Positions 1 to 12,233 are shown, counted from the first letter of the stretch. The stretch is 64,000 nt of DNA from Anthoceros angustus (GCA_010909165.1 MU008161.1:1550001-1614000); one strand, 5' to 3'. Notes: generated by a model not told the origin, from the letters alone. Program-made: numbers and translations.

Positions 1-354
1 CACCTTGCTCGCCGGCGCAGACACACCATCTTGCGACTGCTTCTTGGCTTCCACGGCAAACCGGAATCTTCCGAGCCGGCCGCATCCGGCCCCCACGAAG
101 ACGGACGAGCATAGAAGGGGAGCAAAATCTGCGCTGAACCCCGACGCCGAACGGAGCGGCCAGGCCGCACCAGATTGAGCCGGGCAGCGGACCTGAAGCC
201 CAGCCTGGGGCCGCGGCCCGGGCCCCCACGCTCCCTTCCAACATTGGTGCACAGCCAGACAGGAAGAGGAGCGGAATTCCCTAGACGAGCAAGACGCACC
301 GGCACCGGCAGCAGCAGGCGCTGCGGCAGCTTGAGGCGGGTTTGAAAGCGCCAT
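1..354 (-). CDS. 5' part of a gene running off the window; Ala/Ser-rich transit-peptide-like N-terminus
   Basis: Manual translation from ATG at 354 is open to base 1: MALSNPPQAAAAPAAAGAGASCSSREFRSSS...GRLGRFRFAVEAKKQSQDGVSAPASKV. It is absent from the ORF track because there is no stop in the window. Product not identifiable. Confidence 0.5.
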   Translation of the reverse strand, partial: MALSNPPQAAAAPAAAGAGASCSSREFRSSSCLAVHQCWKGAWGPGPRPQAGLQVRCPAQSGAAWPLRSASGFSADFAPLLCSSVFVGAGCGRLGRFRFAVEAKKQSQDGVSAPASKV

Positions 355-604
355 GCCTGCGCAATCCCGGCCTAGCACCAACCATCCAAGCCCTTCGCAC
401 GGGGCAGCGTGTCCCGCATGGCCCAAGCCGGCGGCACCCAAAACCCAGAACCTTCCACTGCAAACGTGCGCCCCCCGGGATCTAACTAAAACTCGTCCGG
501 GGCTCCTGCAAAGCTCTGAGATGTGTCTCAGGCTTGGCCCAAGGCCAGCGCTACCGCGTCACCGCGCACTGAAATCTCTAAAGCCCAAATCGCACCAGCA
601 GGAG

Positions 605-709
605 CGAATTGAGACTTCTTTTTTCATCCGCGAATCGAAACCTCTTTTGCATCCGCGAATCGAAACTTCTTTTGCATCCGCGAATCGAAACTTCTTTTGC
701 ATCCGCGAA
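605..709. repeat. 25-bp tandem repeat (GCATCCGCGAATCGAAACTTCTTTT), about 4 copies
   Basis: CATCCGCGAA recurs at 625, 650, 675 and 700 with no unique spacers. Confidence 0.9.
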
Positions 710-821
710 CTGACGCTTCCAATACGAAATATATAGAATCCTTACCGCTAAATCTGACGCTTCCGCAAGGTTCAGCAACCACCAACGCTTCCTCAATCGT
801 ACACACATCGTGAACCCGTTA

Positions 822-1544
822 TACAGTCAAACCCCTCTAATTGGGACCCCTATAAATGGGAACCCCCTTTAAATGGGACGCTCGGGCTTACTCCCTTGAA
901 TGTGCTACATGCTAAATGGGAAACCCTCTAATTTGTAAATGGGAACATGTCTCCCAAACATTCAATGCAAGTACACCTCTGTAAAAGGGAAAATACATAT
1001 TTTAAAAAAAATAAAAAATTGAGGAAATCGTCTTATCGAGATTACGTATATTCCTACAGAGGACCAAATATGGCAGCATTAATCCCTCCGCCTGTCAATG
1101 AGGAGGGTGAGGAGAATGATACAGTGTCAGTGGAGACCATAGCGCCAAGACCGCGTACGACAAAGGATGCTGTAGATAATGCTATGAGGATAGCGAAGAT
1201 GTTTTGGGAACAGATGCCACATAACACTCTTGATGCTTTGAAGTTGCATTCTCGGTTGGATGAAAGTAACTCGGCATCAATCAAGATTGATGATTATTTT
1301 AACCCGCAAACTAGAATTAGGTTGGCAGCTATGTAGTATGAGGAAGCATTTTGGATTTTTTGGATTTTTTGGATTTTTTTTGATTTTTTGGAAGCTTTTA
1401 AGCTCTTTCAAATGTTTGATTTAAAGGATTTTTTGATTTTTAAATATTTTTATTTTCAAAAGATGAAAATGCCTAAGCAGGAACCCTCTAAATGGGACGA
1501 TTTTTTGCTACTCCCAATTGTTCCCAATTAGAGGTCTCGATCAG
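822..1544 (+). mobile_element. Non-autonomous pogo/Tc1-mariner-like DNA transposon remnant
   Basis: Left end TA+CAGTCAAACCCCTCTAATTGGGA (822-846). Inverted TCCCAATTAGAGG at 1522-1534, with the outer right TIR decayed. Subterminal AAATGGGA/CCCTCTAA motifs occur at both ends. Internal ORF 947-1336 ends ...SIKIDDYF, resembling the C-terminal tail of pogo-family transposases. Confidence 0.6.
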
Positions 1545-2090
1545 ACAACATTTATGTCGTTACTGCTTAGATACTATACCTTTATACTATTTAATCAAAT
1601 TCTAGATACCATATCTTTGACATAATGGATATATGGATTTTAACTCTCAATGGCACCTATTCGTGAAGACTCTTTATGCCTTACTTTGTTTTGGATTCTC
1701 TTGGTGAAAAATTACGTATCCTTGGGGTGCATAATGTTCCCCTTGTCCTATTGCATATGACATATGAACTTTGAATCATGAATCCTACATTGTTGTGGAC
1801 CACACCAAGGTTTCGAACCCAAATAGCAAAAAACGAGCACCGGCTCAACTCCAGCGACTTGAATTTAAGGTGCTTTTAAATCACCATGCAACCCCTCCCT
1901 TGTGTACCATGCTCTCGCTCCCCATGTGCCACCATACCGGTGGTCATACCGCCAACGGGCAGTCTGCATTCAGTCTTCATTCAAATTTTCTTTGAAGGGA
2001 AAATTATTTCGCCCACCACTCGATAAAAAAAGGTGACTTATGTGTTGTGCATATTCTCAAATCACCTTGTGCTCATAGAGACTAAAGTTA

Positions 2091-3203
2091 AAAACATCCC
2101 AACACCAAAGAAGACTTGTGTCTAAGAGTGCAAGAGTGCTGGCAACTTAAAGTTCATTATGTAGGTATACAAAATGTGTTTCAATTAAGAATAATGTGCG
2201 TTGCACATTGCCGATTACCTACCTAAGATAGTGTATCTTTTAGGCATAATAATGAGCTAGCGAGGAACCGGAGCCCTTATGTTCCAATAGAAGGAATCCA
2301 TAACTGCATCCCAAGCTACAAGGGGGCCTAAAAACTTCTATGTTGCCTATGGACCTTGGTGGCCCTCCACTCAATAGAAAAAAGGCCAGTTTTGTGCCAT
2401 GCCTATTCTCATACTATCACCTTGCGCTCATTGAGATTAAGTTCATTTCATCGCCATCATGGCACTTGCAAAGGGGACCACCTCACTCGTAACTCTACAA
2501 TCTAATTCAGACCCTACGCAGCCTTGGTGGCCTCAGATTCGGCTTGCTCCTTAATGCATACTAATCCCTTGGCACGCCCATACCTCACAGCCGCTCTCTT
2601 CTTCTCGGGCTAACAGTTTCTCTTTGTTTCTTGCTTGCGTCCTATTATCGATGGCGCACCTTGAATTCATCCTCTTTCGCCTCACAGCCCACGTCTAGAA
2701 GAAAGCTGCTTTCATTATTCGATGGGTAGGAGGATCCTGATATCATAACCTGAAATTATTATTTTGTAGATGGGTACTGGATGTTTGTATGCCCTCTCTC
2801 ATTGTTGATATGGTAGTCAATCACCCTAGGCCCGATTAACTTCTGTCATGAGTGCATACAGCAGCTGCAAAACTACCCTACTCTATTTTGTGGCCCTCAA
2901 ACAACAATTTCCTAACACCAAAGACGAAAAACATCTCAACAACAAAATTAAAAAACATCCCAACACCAAAGACGAAGTCTAACATCGCAACACCAAAGAA
3001 GACTTGTGTCTAGGAGTGCTGGCAACTTAAAACTCATTATGTAGGTATATAAAATGTGTTTCAATTAAGAATAATGTGATTTGCACATTGCCAATTACCT
3101 ACCTAAGATAGTGTATCTTTTAGGCATGATAATGAGCTGGCAAGGAGCTGGAGCCCTTATGTTCCAATAGAAGGAATCCTTAATTGCATCCCAAGCTATA
3201 AGG
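2091..3203. repeat. Dispersed ~240-bp direct duplication (2091-2323 vs 2951-3203) in AT-rich, probably TE-derived DNA
   Basis: Near-identical blocks AACATCCCAACACCAAAG...GTTCCAATAGAAGGAATCC...CCCAAGCTA. No intact ORF. Confidence 0.75.
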
Positions 3204-5894
3204 AGGAAGTCCTGAAAATCTCCATGTTGCCCATGGAGAGGTTGAAGAAGTGGGCTCAATATTGTGTCCTTATACCTCAAATGATGAGAAGAGAACGAAT
3301 CTGGATAATGGAAGTCTTGCCAGTTTCCCATTGAAATGTTGCGAAGGACGTAAGAGTCATAATTTGTACAAGAAGATGATCAAGATCTTATTCAATTTGC
3401 AAAAGACTTAGAGTAGAATCTGTCGGAAGTCCAAGATGCAAATGAGCCGGTTATAAGCGTCGAGCCATTTACAAGCGTATTTTTCCAACTACCCTCGGTG
3501 CCTAATTGTGAGGATGATCAGGACCTGATTCAATTTGCACAAGTGTTAGAGTAGGATCGTTCGAAAATCCAAGATCAACCTAAGGTTAAAAGTGTACCCT
3601 TCCAATCGTCGCCAGCGCCTAACTAAGCGCAACTCAAGATGTCCAAAAGCCTCAAAGAACAAGGCTAAGGATTGCCAAGAAAATGTTGCACATCTGAATG
3701 TTGCAATTAACAATGATCATGTCTAAACTAATTTGAACAAAAAATAGTGCAGAACATGCTGAAAGATGAAGATGGAGATAAGGTTATCTTGCTTGTGGCC
3801 GATGATGATGTTACTAAGAACAATATTGCTAAAATTAGAATCTACACAATTTCTAGAATGCAAGAGAGAGCAAAAAGGGGCAATGAATCAGCGAGTCCAT
3901 ACGGAGCTGCTGCAAATCCCAAAGCATAGAAAATTTGGACATGATGCAAGGAGAGAGCACCCGGTCGTCCAAGTTGACTAAACTTAATGATGAAAAAACA
4001 TATTTGAGTGTCAAAAGGTACTTAACCTAGGATAACCTCCATGTTTTAGGGTCTAAGGTTTAGGTTTGTTCAACTTTCTTTTTCTTTTTGTTCAACAAAT
4101 CAAAAAATCTAGTTCAATTCAGTGTTAAGATACGTCTCCAAGAGTCGTCTAAAAATCATGATAGGATAATCCGAATTATAAATCTTTGGATAGTTTTAGG
4201 TATTTCTACATTTTTACGATTGTTGCTTTGATAGCCATAACCAATTACTCTAGGCTAAGTCAAATTTTATCATCCTTAGCAAGTGTATGGTATTGCAAAA
4301 TTACATTGCTATGTTATGTAGTCCTTGAACAACTCCAAAGGGCAAAAATCATCTTATCATCAAAGAAGACAAGATTGTGTTCAGGAGAATTGGCATTATA
4401 AAAATTGATTATGTGGGTTTTCAGATTGTTTTGCAATTGAAAATAACGGGCGTTGCACGCTGTGGAATATCTAAGATGGTCTATCTTTGGGCACGAATGA
4501 TGGGCTGACAAAAAGCTAGAGCCCTCATGTATCAATGGAATGAAATTATCCTTCATTGCATCCTAAGGTACAAAGGGGAAGTATTGCCTGATGAAAACCT
4601 CTATTCCATGTTTAATTAACACTGATCAATGCTTAATTAACATAAGCACTTCAGATTATTAATACTAATTACTTACTTACATATAAGGAATTAGATAAAT
4701 TAACACAAATCAATCACTGAACCCAAGTGCTTAGATTAATATCACATGGTAAGACAAAATCCAATATAATATTTTGACTATTGAACTTTGCTTTCATTGC
4801 ATCATACGCAACATATTGTGCTATAAATCTTTCCACGTCTTCATACATATGAGACCAAAAGTAAGTGACTCTATCTTTTTGCCCTAGTGTTTTTCAAACT
4901 TTCACAACAATCATCTCCTTATCCGCTAATGTTGGCACTTCTCAAAGTTTCTCCCCTTCCTTGAGCAATATCTTGCCATCATGCCATGTATACCAAACCA
5001 TCTTGCGTTGGAGTTTTCCCATTGCTGACCCTTTGATACCCAACACCCAATGTTTCTTTTATATGCTGTGATGCTCCTGTGGTGTTGCTGAACACCAAGA
5101 TGTCATCAATATACCAACTCTAGGTCAACTATGTCATGAAAATAGATGGATGTATTTTTCAAGCCAAAGAGCATCATTTGCCACTCCCATAGTTGATCCT
5201 TCCCCCAAAATGTTGTCTTACTCTTGTCTTTCTCTTTTATGTCTTACAGTTGTCTCTCTCTTTTATGACAATTTGATTGAATCCTAACCAATCAAGCGTA
5301 GTGACATACTTGGCTTTCTCTACAGCGTTGAAGATCTCATCTGGTGCAAGCAGAGGTATCTCTTCATTGGGGTGACGTTCATCGAGTGGTCTATAGTCCC
5401 CACATATGCAACGATTTTTTCACTGGATACTTCATCTTTCTTCAATGGCAAAACAATAGCGGCTGCGTCTTTGATCAGCCCAACGGATGTGAGCTCCGGA
5501 CACCGTTTGTCTACTACGTCCCACTCCACCGAATGACGAGGATGTAATTTCTCTTCCTTGTAAGGAAGATGTGATATGTTTTGTAGTGTGGTTGGGATCG
5601 CAATAAGCTAAATCTCAGGATGGTGCAAGACCACCCTTGAAAGGACGAAATATAACACTCTTGTAAGGGGATAATTCTTTTTTTTAAATGCATGAAGACA
5701 TCTTTAATTAGAATAAATCTAGAGTCACAAAATAGGGGTCACACCCGACCCCGAAGAAGGCCAAGAGCCGAAAAAGCTCAAGTGACAAAACTGCGGAGGC
5801 GGAGGGATAGTAAGGATATGATACTCAGGCGGAGAATGTGCTAACAGTGCAGGCGGGTTGCGGTCAATTCCGACTTTGATCCACTCCGGGAGCG

Positions 5895-7804
5895 ATGGAG
5901 CCGGAGGGCGGACCAGGCCAAGGCCACGGTCCCGGCCCGGGCCGAATTCGAGGTCGAGGCTTCGCGGACGGGGAAGGGGAGCAGGATGATCGGCGGAGCC
6001 CCGCGTGGGCAGCGTTGGCGGGATCGGAATCCGGGTTCACTCCGGGCCGGGATGAGGAGCCCATGTTGCCGCGAGCTAGCGCTGCGAATGTCCGCGCTGC
6101 TGCAGGCCCAGCTGATGACGAGTGTGCACTTGTGACCAGCAGGAGGGAGCTGTGGGGGTGGTATCTCTACGAGGCCTCCAGCTCGGGATACAGTGGGTCC
6201 GTGCTGCCGGTGTTCCTGCCCCTGCTGGTGCTGACGCTGGCCACCAGCAGAGCCTGGAAGGAGCTGGGGTCGCACACCCCGCCTGCCTGCGACTCCACAA
6301 TCAAGATCGACTGCACCAAGTGCGTGCCCGGCAAGGGCGACCAGCTCTTCAACGCTTCCGGGTACGCGTGATGGGTAATGCGAGGTCCCGTGTCTCTCGT
6401 TCCTGTCGTTCGGCTCGACTGTTGCTGTGCTGGTAGCTCAGGGCTGTGGGAATGCTGTTGGGTTGTTGCAGGTTCCACGACCTTCCGCATCTGAGAATCC
6501 ATGTGGGAGGGCTGCCGCTCAACCCGGTCTCCTTCACCACCATCGCCATCGGGTTTTCCATCCTCTTCCAGCTCGTGGTCTTCGTCTCCTACGGCCCCTT
6601 CACCGACTACGGGAACTGGCGGCGGGCGGTGTGGCTGTGGGCGACTGCCGTCGGGGCGGCAGGCTGCGTTGCCTGCTTCGGCCTCTTCTCGCCTTACACC
6701 TGGTGGCTGTCAGGGGTCCTGCTCATCGTCACCAACGTGTGCTACGGAATAGCCTATATCTGCTACAACAGCTACCTGCCCTCGCTCACGGACACGTTGC
6801 CGGAGGTGAAGGAGTCGCGGCACCTGCCTTTGGAGAAGCAGGTGGAGATTCGGATCCAGGCAGAGAACAGAATCTCGCTGGCAGGGATAAACGTGGGGAA
6901 CCCGCTGGGAGCTGTCTGCATTTTGCTGTCCTTCACCGTGGCTCTTGTTCCTGGGATAGGAGACAACCTCGTCCTCCGCCTCACTTGCGTGATAGGCGGG
7001 CTGTGGTGGGCGCTGCTCTCCATCCCCAGCTTTTTGTGGGTCAGGAAAAGGCCTGGCCCTCCCCTTCCTGCGGGCGCCGGATTCTTCTTCGGGTGGCGGA
7101 AGGTGTGGACCCTCCTGCGAGAGTCCAGGAAGTATAAGTACGCTTTTCGATACCTGCTCATCTACTTCGTCTACTCCGACGGGTACACCACCTTGAACCA
7201 GGTGGGGGTTCTGTTTGCGCAGCAGGAGCTCTGCATGTCCACACCCCAGCTCGTGGGCCTGGTGGTGCTGGTTGGCTTCTTCGCATTTGTGGGCAATCCG
7301 GTGTACGCCTTGGTGCAGAACAGGATGAAGTGGAGCAACAATACCATGGTTATGCTGGGCCTGCTTTTCATGGGCACTTTGCCGGTATATGCAATTCTGG
7401 GGTACTTCAGTGGTGACACATGGGGACTCAAGACCAGCTTGGAGATGTTCATCTTCGCAGCTTGGTACGGGACTTCCTTCGGTGCCCTCTGCTCCTACTC
7501 TAGAACCCTGTATGTGGATCTCATCCCGGTGCAGCAAGAGGCTGCCATGTTCACGCTCTTTGCGCTCAGCTCCAAAGGAAGTTCGTGGCTGGGACCTTTG
7601 ATTGTTGCGCTGCTGTATCAGGTGTTTGGAAGCCTCAGGACAGCCTTCGTGTACGCCTTGATAGTCATCTGTGTTCCCATCCTCCTGCTCTACCTCTACA
7701 TCGATAACACTGAAGGCATGACAGACGCGGGCCGTGTTACGGATTCTTTCATTCGGCAAGATGAAGAAATGGCCGAGCGTGTCACCCAGAGCCCAGCACG
7801 ATAA
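5895..7804 (+). CDS. ATG22: Atg22/UMF1-like MFS transporter (vacuolar effluxer-like), 2 exons, ~599 aa
   Basis: join(5895..6361,6472..7804) with a frame-consistent GT-AG intron. Motifs RRELWGWYLYEASSSGY, Cys-containing loop, VSFTTIAIGFSILFQ..YGPFTDYGNWRR, FVYSDGYTT, FALSSKGSSWLGP; about 12 TM segments. Confidence 0.8.
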
Positions 7805-8209
7805 CAGTACGGTATTCGCTTCCATCAAATCCATTCTTTGTGGTTGTAGTACTTCAACCTGGGTCCTGCTCGTCCACTTGTATGTAACTGTATATGTACG
7901 TACGTCACTAAAGCAGCAGTCTCCTGAGCTGGTCCTGGAACTGCCTGATCACTTTTCAAGCCTTTTATTATTGGTACAGTGTGCCTGCAGACGAAGGCAT
8001 GGAATGTCCGTCAGGCTTGAGCCATCTGGATCAGAGCAGTGAGCAAAGGACAAGGTGTCAGAATTTTGTCAAGTCAAGAGAGCCGATTCCTAGTAAGTCT
8101 AAGGCTGAATCCGATTCCTAGGAAGACAGCCCGGTGTGAACCCACCCTAATCCCACTGGTTCCCGTGAGGCTATTGGGAAGGGCATAGCTCTGTCCCTAT
8201 AACGCAAGC

Positions 8210-8499
8210 ATGCAGATGGAGAGCATTGACGAGGTATGGGAATTCTACTGGAAGCAGCAGTCATGCTTCGCCATCTTCGTTCTCGTGAAACCCAAATTGG
8301 CCGGAGTTGGCTGTTGCTGGTGGTATCGCCGCTGGTGGGCTACGGGATGCCCTGGTACGGCCATTTCTTCGGGGAAGGAGAGAATCCCGCCACCTCCGGG
8401 CATCCTCTCTGGTCGCTTGCGTGCGACTACAGAATGCTTGGACCCATTCTGGCTGGCCGCATGGAGCGGGATATCAACCACTTAAAGTTGCCGGAGTGA
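8210..8499 (+). pseudogene. DUF962 (Mpo1-like small membrane protein) pseudogene
   Basis: MQMESIDEVWEFYWKQQS in one frame, then PLVGYGMPWYGHFFGEGENPATSGHPLWSLACDYRMLGPILAGRMERDI in another frame. The conserved TRRWHF segment is missing. Confidence 0.7.
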
Positions 8500-8581
8500 G
8501 CTATACGGGTGTTGCAATGGAAGCCCCCCTGAAGCCGCTCTGGTGGCCTGTTGTAGCCATGTCCATCTTGGTAAACAGCTG

Positions 8582-11500
8582 TTACAGCCGTGCTTCACTC
8601 CGGGGACGATTCTCATCCCCGACGAGAAAACTGTGCACCAGTCCGTCCATGTCTGTCCACCAGCTCTGGCCCGGCTGCTTCCATGCTCCGTCTCTTCGTC
8701 TCCTTGCCTGCATCTCCTTCGCCTGCTGCCACATCTCGGCACTGGTGTATATGTTCGACATCAACACATATGCTGCCGCATCTTTCTTGTCCAGCTTCAC
8801 CGCTTCCTCGAAAGCCTGGCGTCCCACCTCCACGTTGCTCCACTTTCTGCAAGCACTCAACAGAGTGTGCCAAACTGCGGCATCCGGCGCTACAGGCATT
8901 CTCCTTATTAACGCCAGTGCCTCGTCCAATTGTCCTGCTCGACCCAGGAGATCCACCATGCACGTACAGTGGTCCGCCGTGGGGATGATGCCGTAATCTC
9001 TGCTCATTGCCTCGAAGTACTCTCGGCCCTTGTTCACTAGACCTGTGTGACTGCATACTGTTAGTACGCTAAGGAACGTGATGCTGTCTGGCTGTATTCC
9101 ATCCTCTCTCATTTTCACAACTAAGTCAAAAACCTCGTCACCGGATCCTTGACGAGTGTATCCTGCAATCAGTGCACTCCAAGTGACAACATCTCTTTCG
9201 GGCAACGCATCAAACACCTGCTGTGCATCAACCATACTCCCCAACTTTGCATACATGTTTATCAAACTGTTGCCCACGGTGATATCAGTATGAAGGCCTT
9301 GATCTTCAACCTGTGAATGCAGCTCCCTTCCCACATGCAAAGCTGCCACACTTACACATGCCTGAAGGAGGCACACACATGTTACACAATCGAGTGCGAC
9401 AGCCCCTTCTTGTTGCATGGCCCTGTAAAGACTAAGAGCTTCCTGCCCCCTGCCCTGCTGGGAATATGCTGCTATCATGGCACTCCACGTTACCACATTT
9501 TTTTCACCCAGTTCGCCAAACAAGTCCTGAGCATCCTCCAAGCTGCCACACTTTGCATACATATTTACCAGGCTTCCACCCACAACCACATCTGCCTGCA
9601 ATCCTTGATGTCGAATCTGAGCATGTAACTGCTTTCCCATCTCCAAAGCGGGGGTGCCCAAATATGAACATGCCTGCAGTAGGCACACAAATGTCACGGA
9701 GTCCGGTGCAACTATTCCTTCCTCTTTCATAACATTGTAGAGATGAAGGGCTTCCTGGCCCATGCCCTGCTGGGAATAACCTGCTATCATGGCATTCCAC
9801 GTTACCACGTTCTTTTGACTCAGCCCTTCAAACATGCTCTGTGCATCCTCTAGGCTACCGCACTTTGCATACATGTTTACCAAGCTGTTGGCCACAAATA
9901 CATCATCCTCAAATCCTTGTTCTCTAAGTTCCGCATGAAGCTGCTTGCCCTTGTCTAAAGCTGGGGTACCGACACTTGCGCATGCCTGCAAGAGGGATAC
10001 AAATGTCACAGAATTGGGTGCATCCATACCCTCTTCCTGCATTGCATTGAGAAGATGAAGGGCTTCTTGCCCCATGCCCCTCTGGGAATATCCTGCTATC
10101 ATAGCATTCCATGTCACCACATCTTTGTGAGGAAGTCCGTCAAACACAGCTTGAGCATCCTTGATGCTCCCACACTTTGCATACATGTTCACCAAGCTGT
10201 TGCCTACAAACACATCAGCCTCAAGGCCCCGTTCTCCAATGTGTGCATGCAGCTTTCTTCCTTTCTCCAAAGCCTGGGTGTCCACACTTGCACATGCTTG
10301 GAGGAGCGGCACAAATGTCCCAGAATTCGGTGCAGCAATACCTTCTTCTTGCATATCCCTGTATAGATGAAGGGCTTCCTGCCCCATCCCTTGCTGGGAA
10401 TAGCCTGAAATCATGGCATTCCACGTCACAACATTCTTCCGAGGAAGTCTGTCAAACACTTCACGAGCATCCCCTATGCTGCCACACTTTGCATACATGT
10501 TAACCAGACTGCTGGCTACAAAAGCATCAACTTGAAGTCCTTGTTCTTTGATTTGTGCATGAAGCTGCTTTCCCTTCTCCAAGGCCGGACTGCCTAATCG
10601 AGCACATGCCTGCAGGAGGCCCACAAACGTCACAGAATCCGGTGCAACCACACCTTCTTCTTGCATAGCGTTGTAAAGACGAAGGGCTTCCTGCACCATG
10701 CTGTGCTGGGAATATCCTGCTATCATGGCACTCCACGTTACCACAGTTTTTTGCCGAAGTGTGTCAAACACACCCTGAGCATCTTCTAGGCTGCCGCACT
10801 TTGCATACATATTTACCAGGCTGTTGGCTATAAACACATCAGACTGAAGCCCTAGTTTTCTAATTTGTGCATGGAGCTGCCTCCCTTGTTCCAAAGCCGA
10901 GTTCCCCACATGTGCACATGCCTGCAGGACGGACACAAACGTCACAGAATCAGGTGCAACAATGCCTTCTTCTTGCATAGCCCTGAAGAGACGAAGGGCT
11001 TCCAGGCCCATGCCTTTTTGGGAATATCCAGCAATCATGGCACTCCAGGTCACCACATCCTTACTAGGAAGCCCGTCAAACACTCGCTGGGCATCTTGCA
11101 AGCTGCCACACTTCGCATACATGTCCACCAAGCAACTAGAAACAAACAGATTGAGCTCAACGTCACTAGCCAACAGGTCAGCATGCACTCGCTGCCCCGA
11201 CTTCAAATCTCCTCCCTTTGCACAAGCTTGCAGAGCTGCTACGAACACATGGCTATCTGGTTTCACGTCTGACCTTCGCATCCGATCATACAGTTGCAGG
11301 GCCTGGTTATCTTGTCCCTGCTTAACATGAGCAGAAATTATAGAAGACCACATGAACGCATCTGGTTTGTCAACTAAAGAGAACACATCCATCCCTTCCT
11401 GCAACCTGGCATGAGAGGCATACGTGCGGAGGATGTGGTTGCACAGGAACGTGTCCGACTCATAGCCCTTCTTCAAACTCAGAGCATGAACGCGGCGACT

Positions 11501-12022
11501 CAGGGGTAGATCCTTCCTCGCTTTACATTGTTTGAGGACCGTGTAAAAGAGAGCCTTGGAAACATGAACATCTATGTGCACCAGAACACCCAGAGCCTCT
11601 ACGGCCTCATGTACCTGCCCCTGCTGACATAGTTCTCGCACAGTTTCAGACGTCACCCCACTTTCATAGGCCGCAGGCTTGCCAGGGACGCCATCATCTG
11701 GCACACTGGAGCTGGACGCAGGAGAACGTGCACCATCAGCCAGCTTCGAATCCACCCCTGCCGGGACCTGCTGGGACTCCGGCGAGTCCGGCGACATGCG
11801 GCTCTCCTCATGGTGCCTGTCATCCTGGACCAATGCGGAGTGTTTCCACAAGAGCTGCTGATTGCTGGAACGCCCAATTCCAGCCAGACATCCTGTTGCA
11901 CGGGCTGGCTCTCTCGCCACGATGCTGCACTTTGCAGCTTCGTTGTTTGCCAACGGTTTGTTGCGTGAAGTCAACTGGGCGAGTGGTCTTCCCAGCATAC
12001 CCCTTACCCTCCACACAGCCAT
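8582..12022 (-). CDS. PLS-class PPR RNA-editing factor (26 PPR motifs, E1-E2-E+ with WW-type PG box), 1146 aa, intronless
   Basis: P/L/S triplets (VVTWxAMIAGYSQ; TFVxLLQAC; SLVNMYAKCGS). C-terminus WKQPGQSWWTDMDGLVHSFLVGDENRP. Arg-rich organelle-targeting-like N-terminus. Confidence 0.95.
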   Translation of the reverse strand: MAVWRVRGMLGRPLAQLTSRNKPLANNEAAKCSIVAREPARATGCLAGIGRSSNQQLLWKHSALVQDDRHHEESRMSPDSPESQQVPAGVDSKLADGARSPASSSSVPDDGVPGKPAAYESGVTSETVRELCQQGQVHEAVEALGVLVHIDVHVSKALFYTVLKQCKARKDLPLSRRVHALSLKKGYESDTFLCNHILRTYASHARLQEGMDVFSLVDKPDAFMWSSIISAHVKQGQDNQALQLYDRMRRSDVKPDSHVFVAALQACAKGGDLKSGQRVHADLLASDVELNLFVSSCLVDMYAKCGSLQDAQRVFDGLPSKDVVTWSAMIAGYSQKGMGLEALRLFRAMQEEGIVAPDSVTFVSVLQACAHVGNSALEQGRQLHAQIRKLGLQSDVFIANSLVNMYAKCGSLEDAQGVFDTLRQKTVVTWSAMIAGYSQHSMVQEALRLYNAMQEEGVVAPDSVTFVGLLQACARLGSPALEKGKQLHAQIKEQGLQVDAFVASSLVNMYAKCGSIGDAREVFDRLPRKNVVTWNAMISGYSQQGMGQEALHLYRDMQEEGIAAPNSGTFVPLLQACASVDTQALEKGRKLHAHIGERGLEADVFVGNSLVNMYAKCGSIKDAQAVFDGLPHKDVVTWNAMIAGYSQRGMGQEALHLLNAMQEEGMDAPNSVTFVSLLQACASVGTPALDKGKQLHAELREQGFEDDVFVANSLVNMYAKCGSLEDAQSMFEGLSQKNVVTWNAMIAGYSQQGMGQEALHLYNVMKEEGIVAPDSVTFVCLLQACSYLGTPALEMGKQLHAQIRHQGLQADVVVGGSLVNMYAKCGSLEDAQDLFGELGEKNVVTWSAMIAAYSQQGRGQEALSLYRAMQQEGAVALDCVTCVCLLQACVSVAALHVGRELHSQVEDQGLHTDITVGNSLINMYAKLGSMVDAQQVFDALPERDVVTWSALIAGYTRQGSGDEVFDLVVKMREDGIQPDSITFLSVLTVCSHTGLVNKGREYFEAMSRDYGIIPTADHCTCMVDLLGRAGQLDEALALIRRMPVAPDAAVWHTLLSACRKWSNVEVGRQAFEEAVKLDKKDAAAYVLMSNIYTSAEMWQQAKEMQARRRRDGAWKQPGQSWWTDMDGLVHSFLVGDENRPRSEARL

Positions 12023-12233
12023 GGCTCTCGCATGAGCCCACGGATGCTAGGGCCCCGCACCCGCACCTGCAGCAGAGGTTGCTCCAGAGCTGCACCAGCA
12101 CGATTGACACATAACATGCGTCTGGCAGACGTCTACGAGCTCTCTGCAGATGGTTTGGATGGTTACAGGCGATCCTTGCCCATTCTGATTCGCCCTTCAG
12201 TACCAAGGCCATGCTCCTGCTTTCTCCCGTCAA

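Noticed and set aside
605-709. CRISPR-like array
   Set aside because: Repeats are contiguous with no unique spacers, there are no cas genes, and the context is eukaryotic.
3747-3929. Ribosomal protein uS11/RPS14-like fragment (RGNESASPYGAAA)
   Set aside because: Only a few residues resemble RDESSPYAAM; the rest does not align and it lies in AT-rich degenerate DNA.
1550-5720. LINE/LTR reverse-transcriptase remnants
   Set aside because: The region looks TE-derived (duplications, broken ORFs), but no YxDD, QGxxLSP or integrase motif could be read confidently.
6710-7834. 374-aa antisense ORF (likewise 18082-18942, 38826-39830, 59536-60216, 59577-60575)
   Set aside because: These are shadow ORFs opposite real GC-rich or low-complexity coding sequence and have no independent protein signature.
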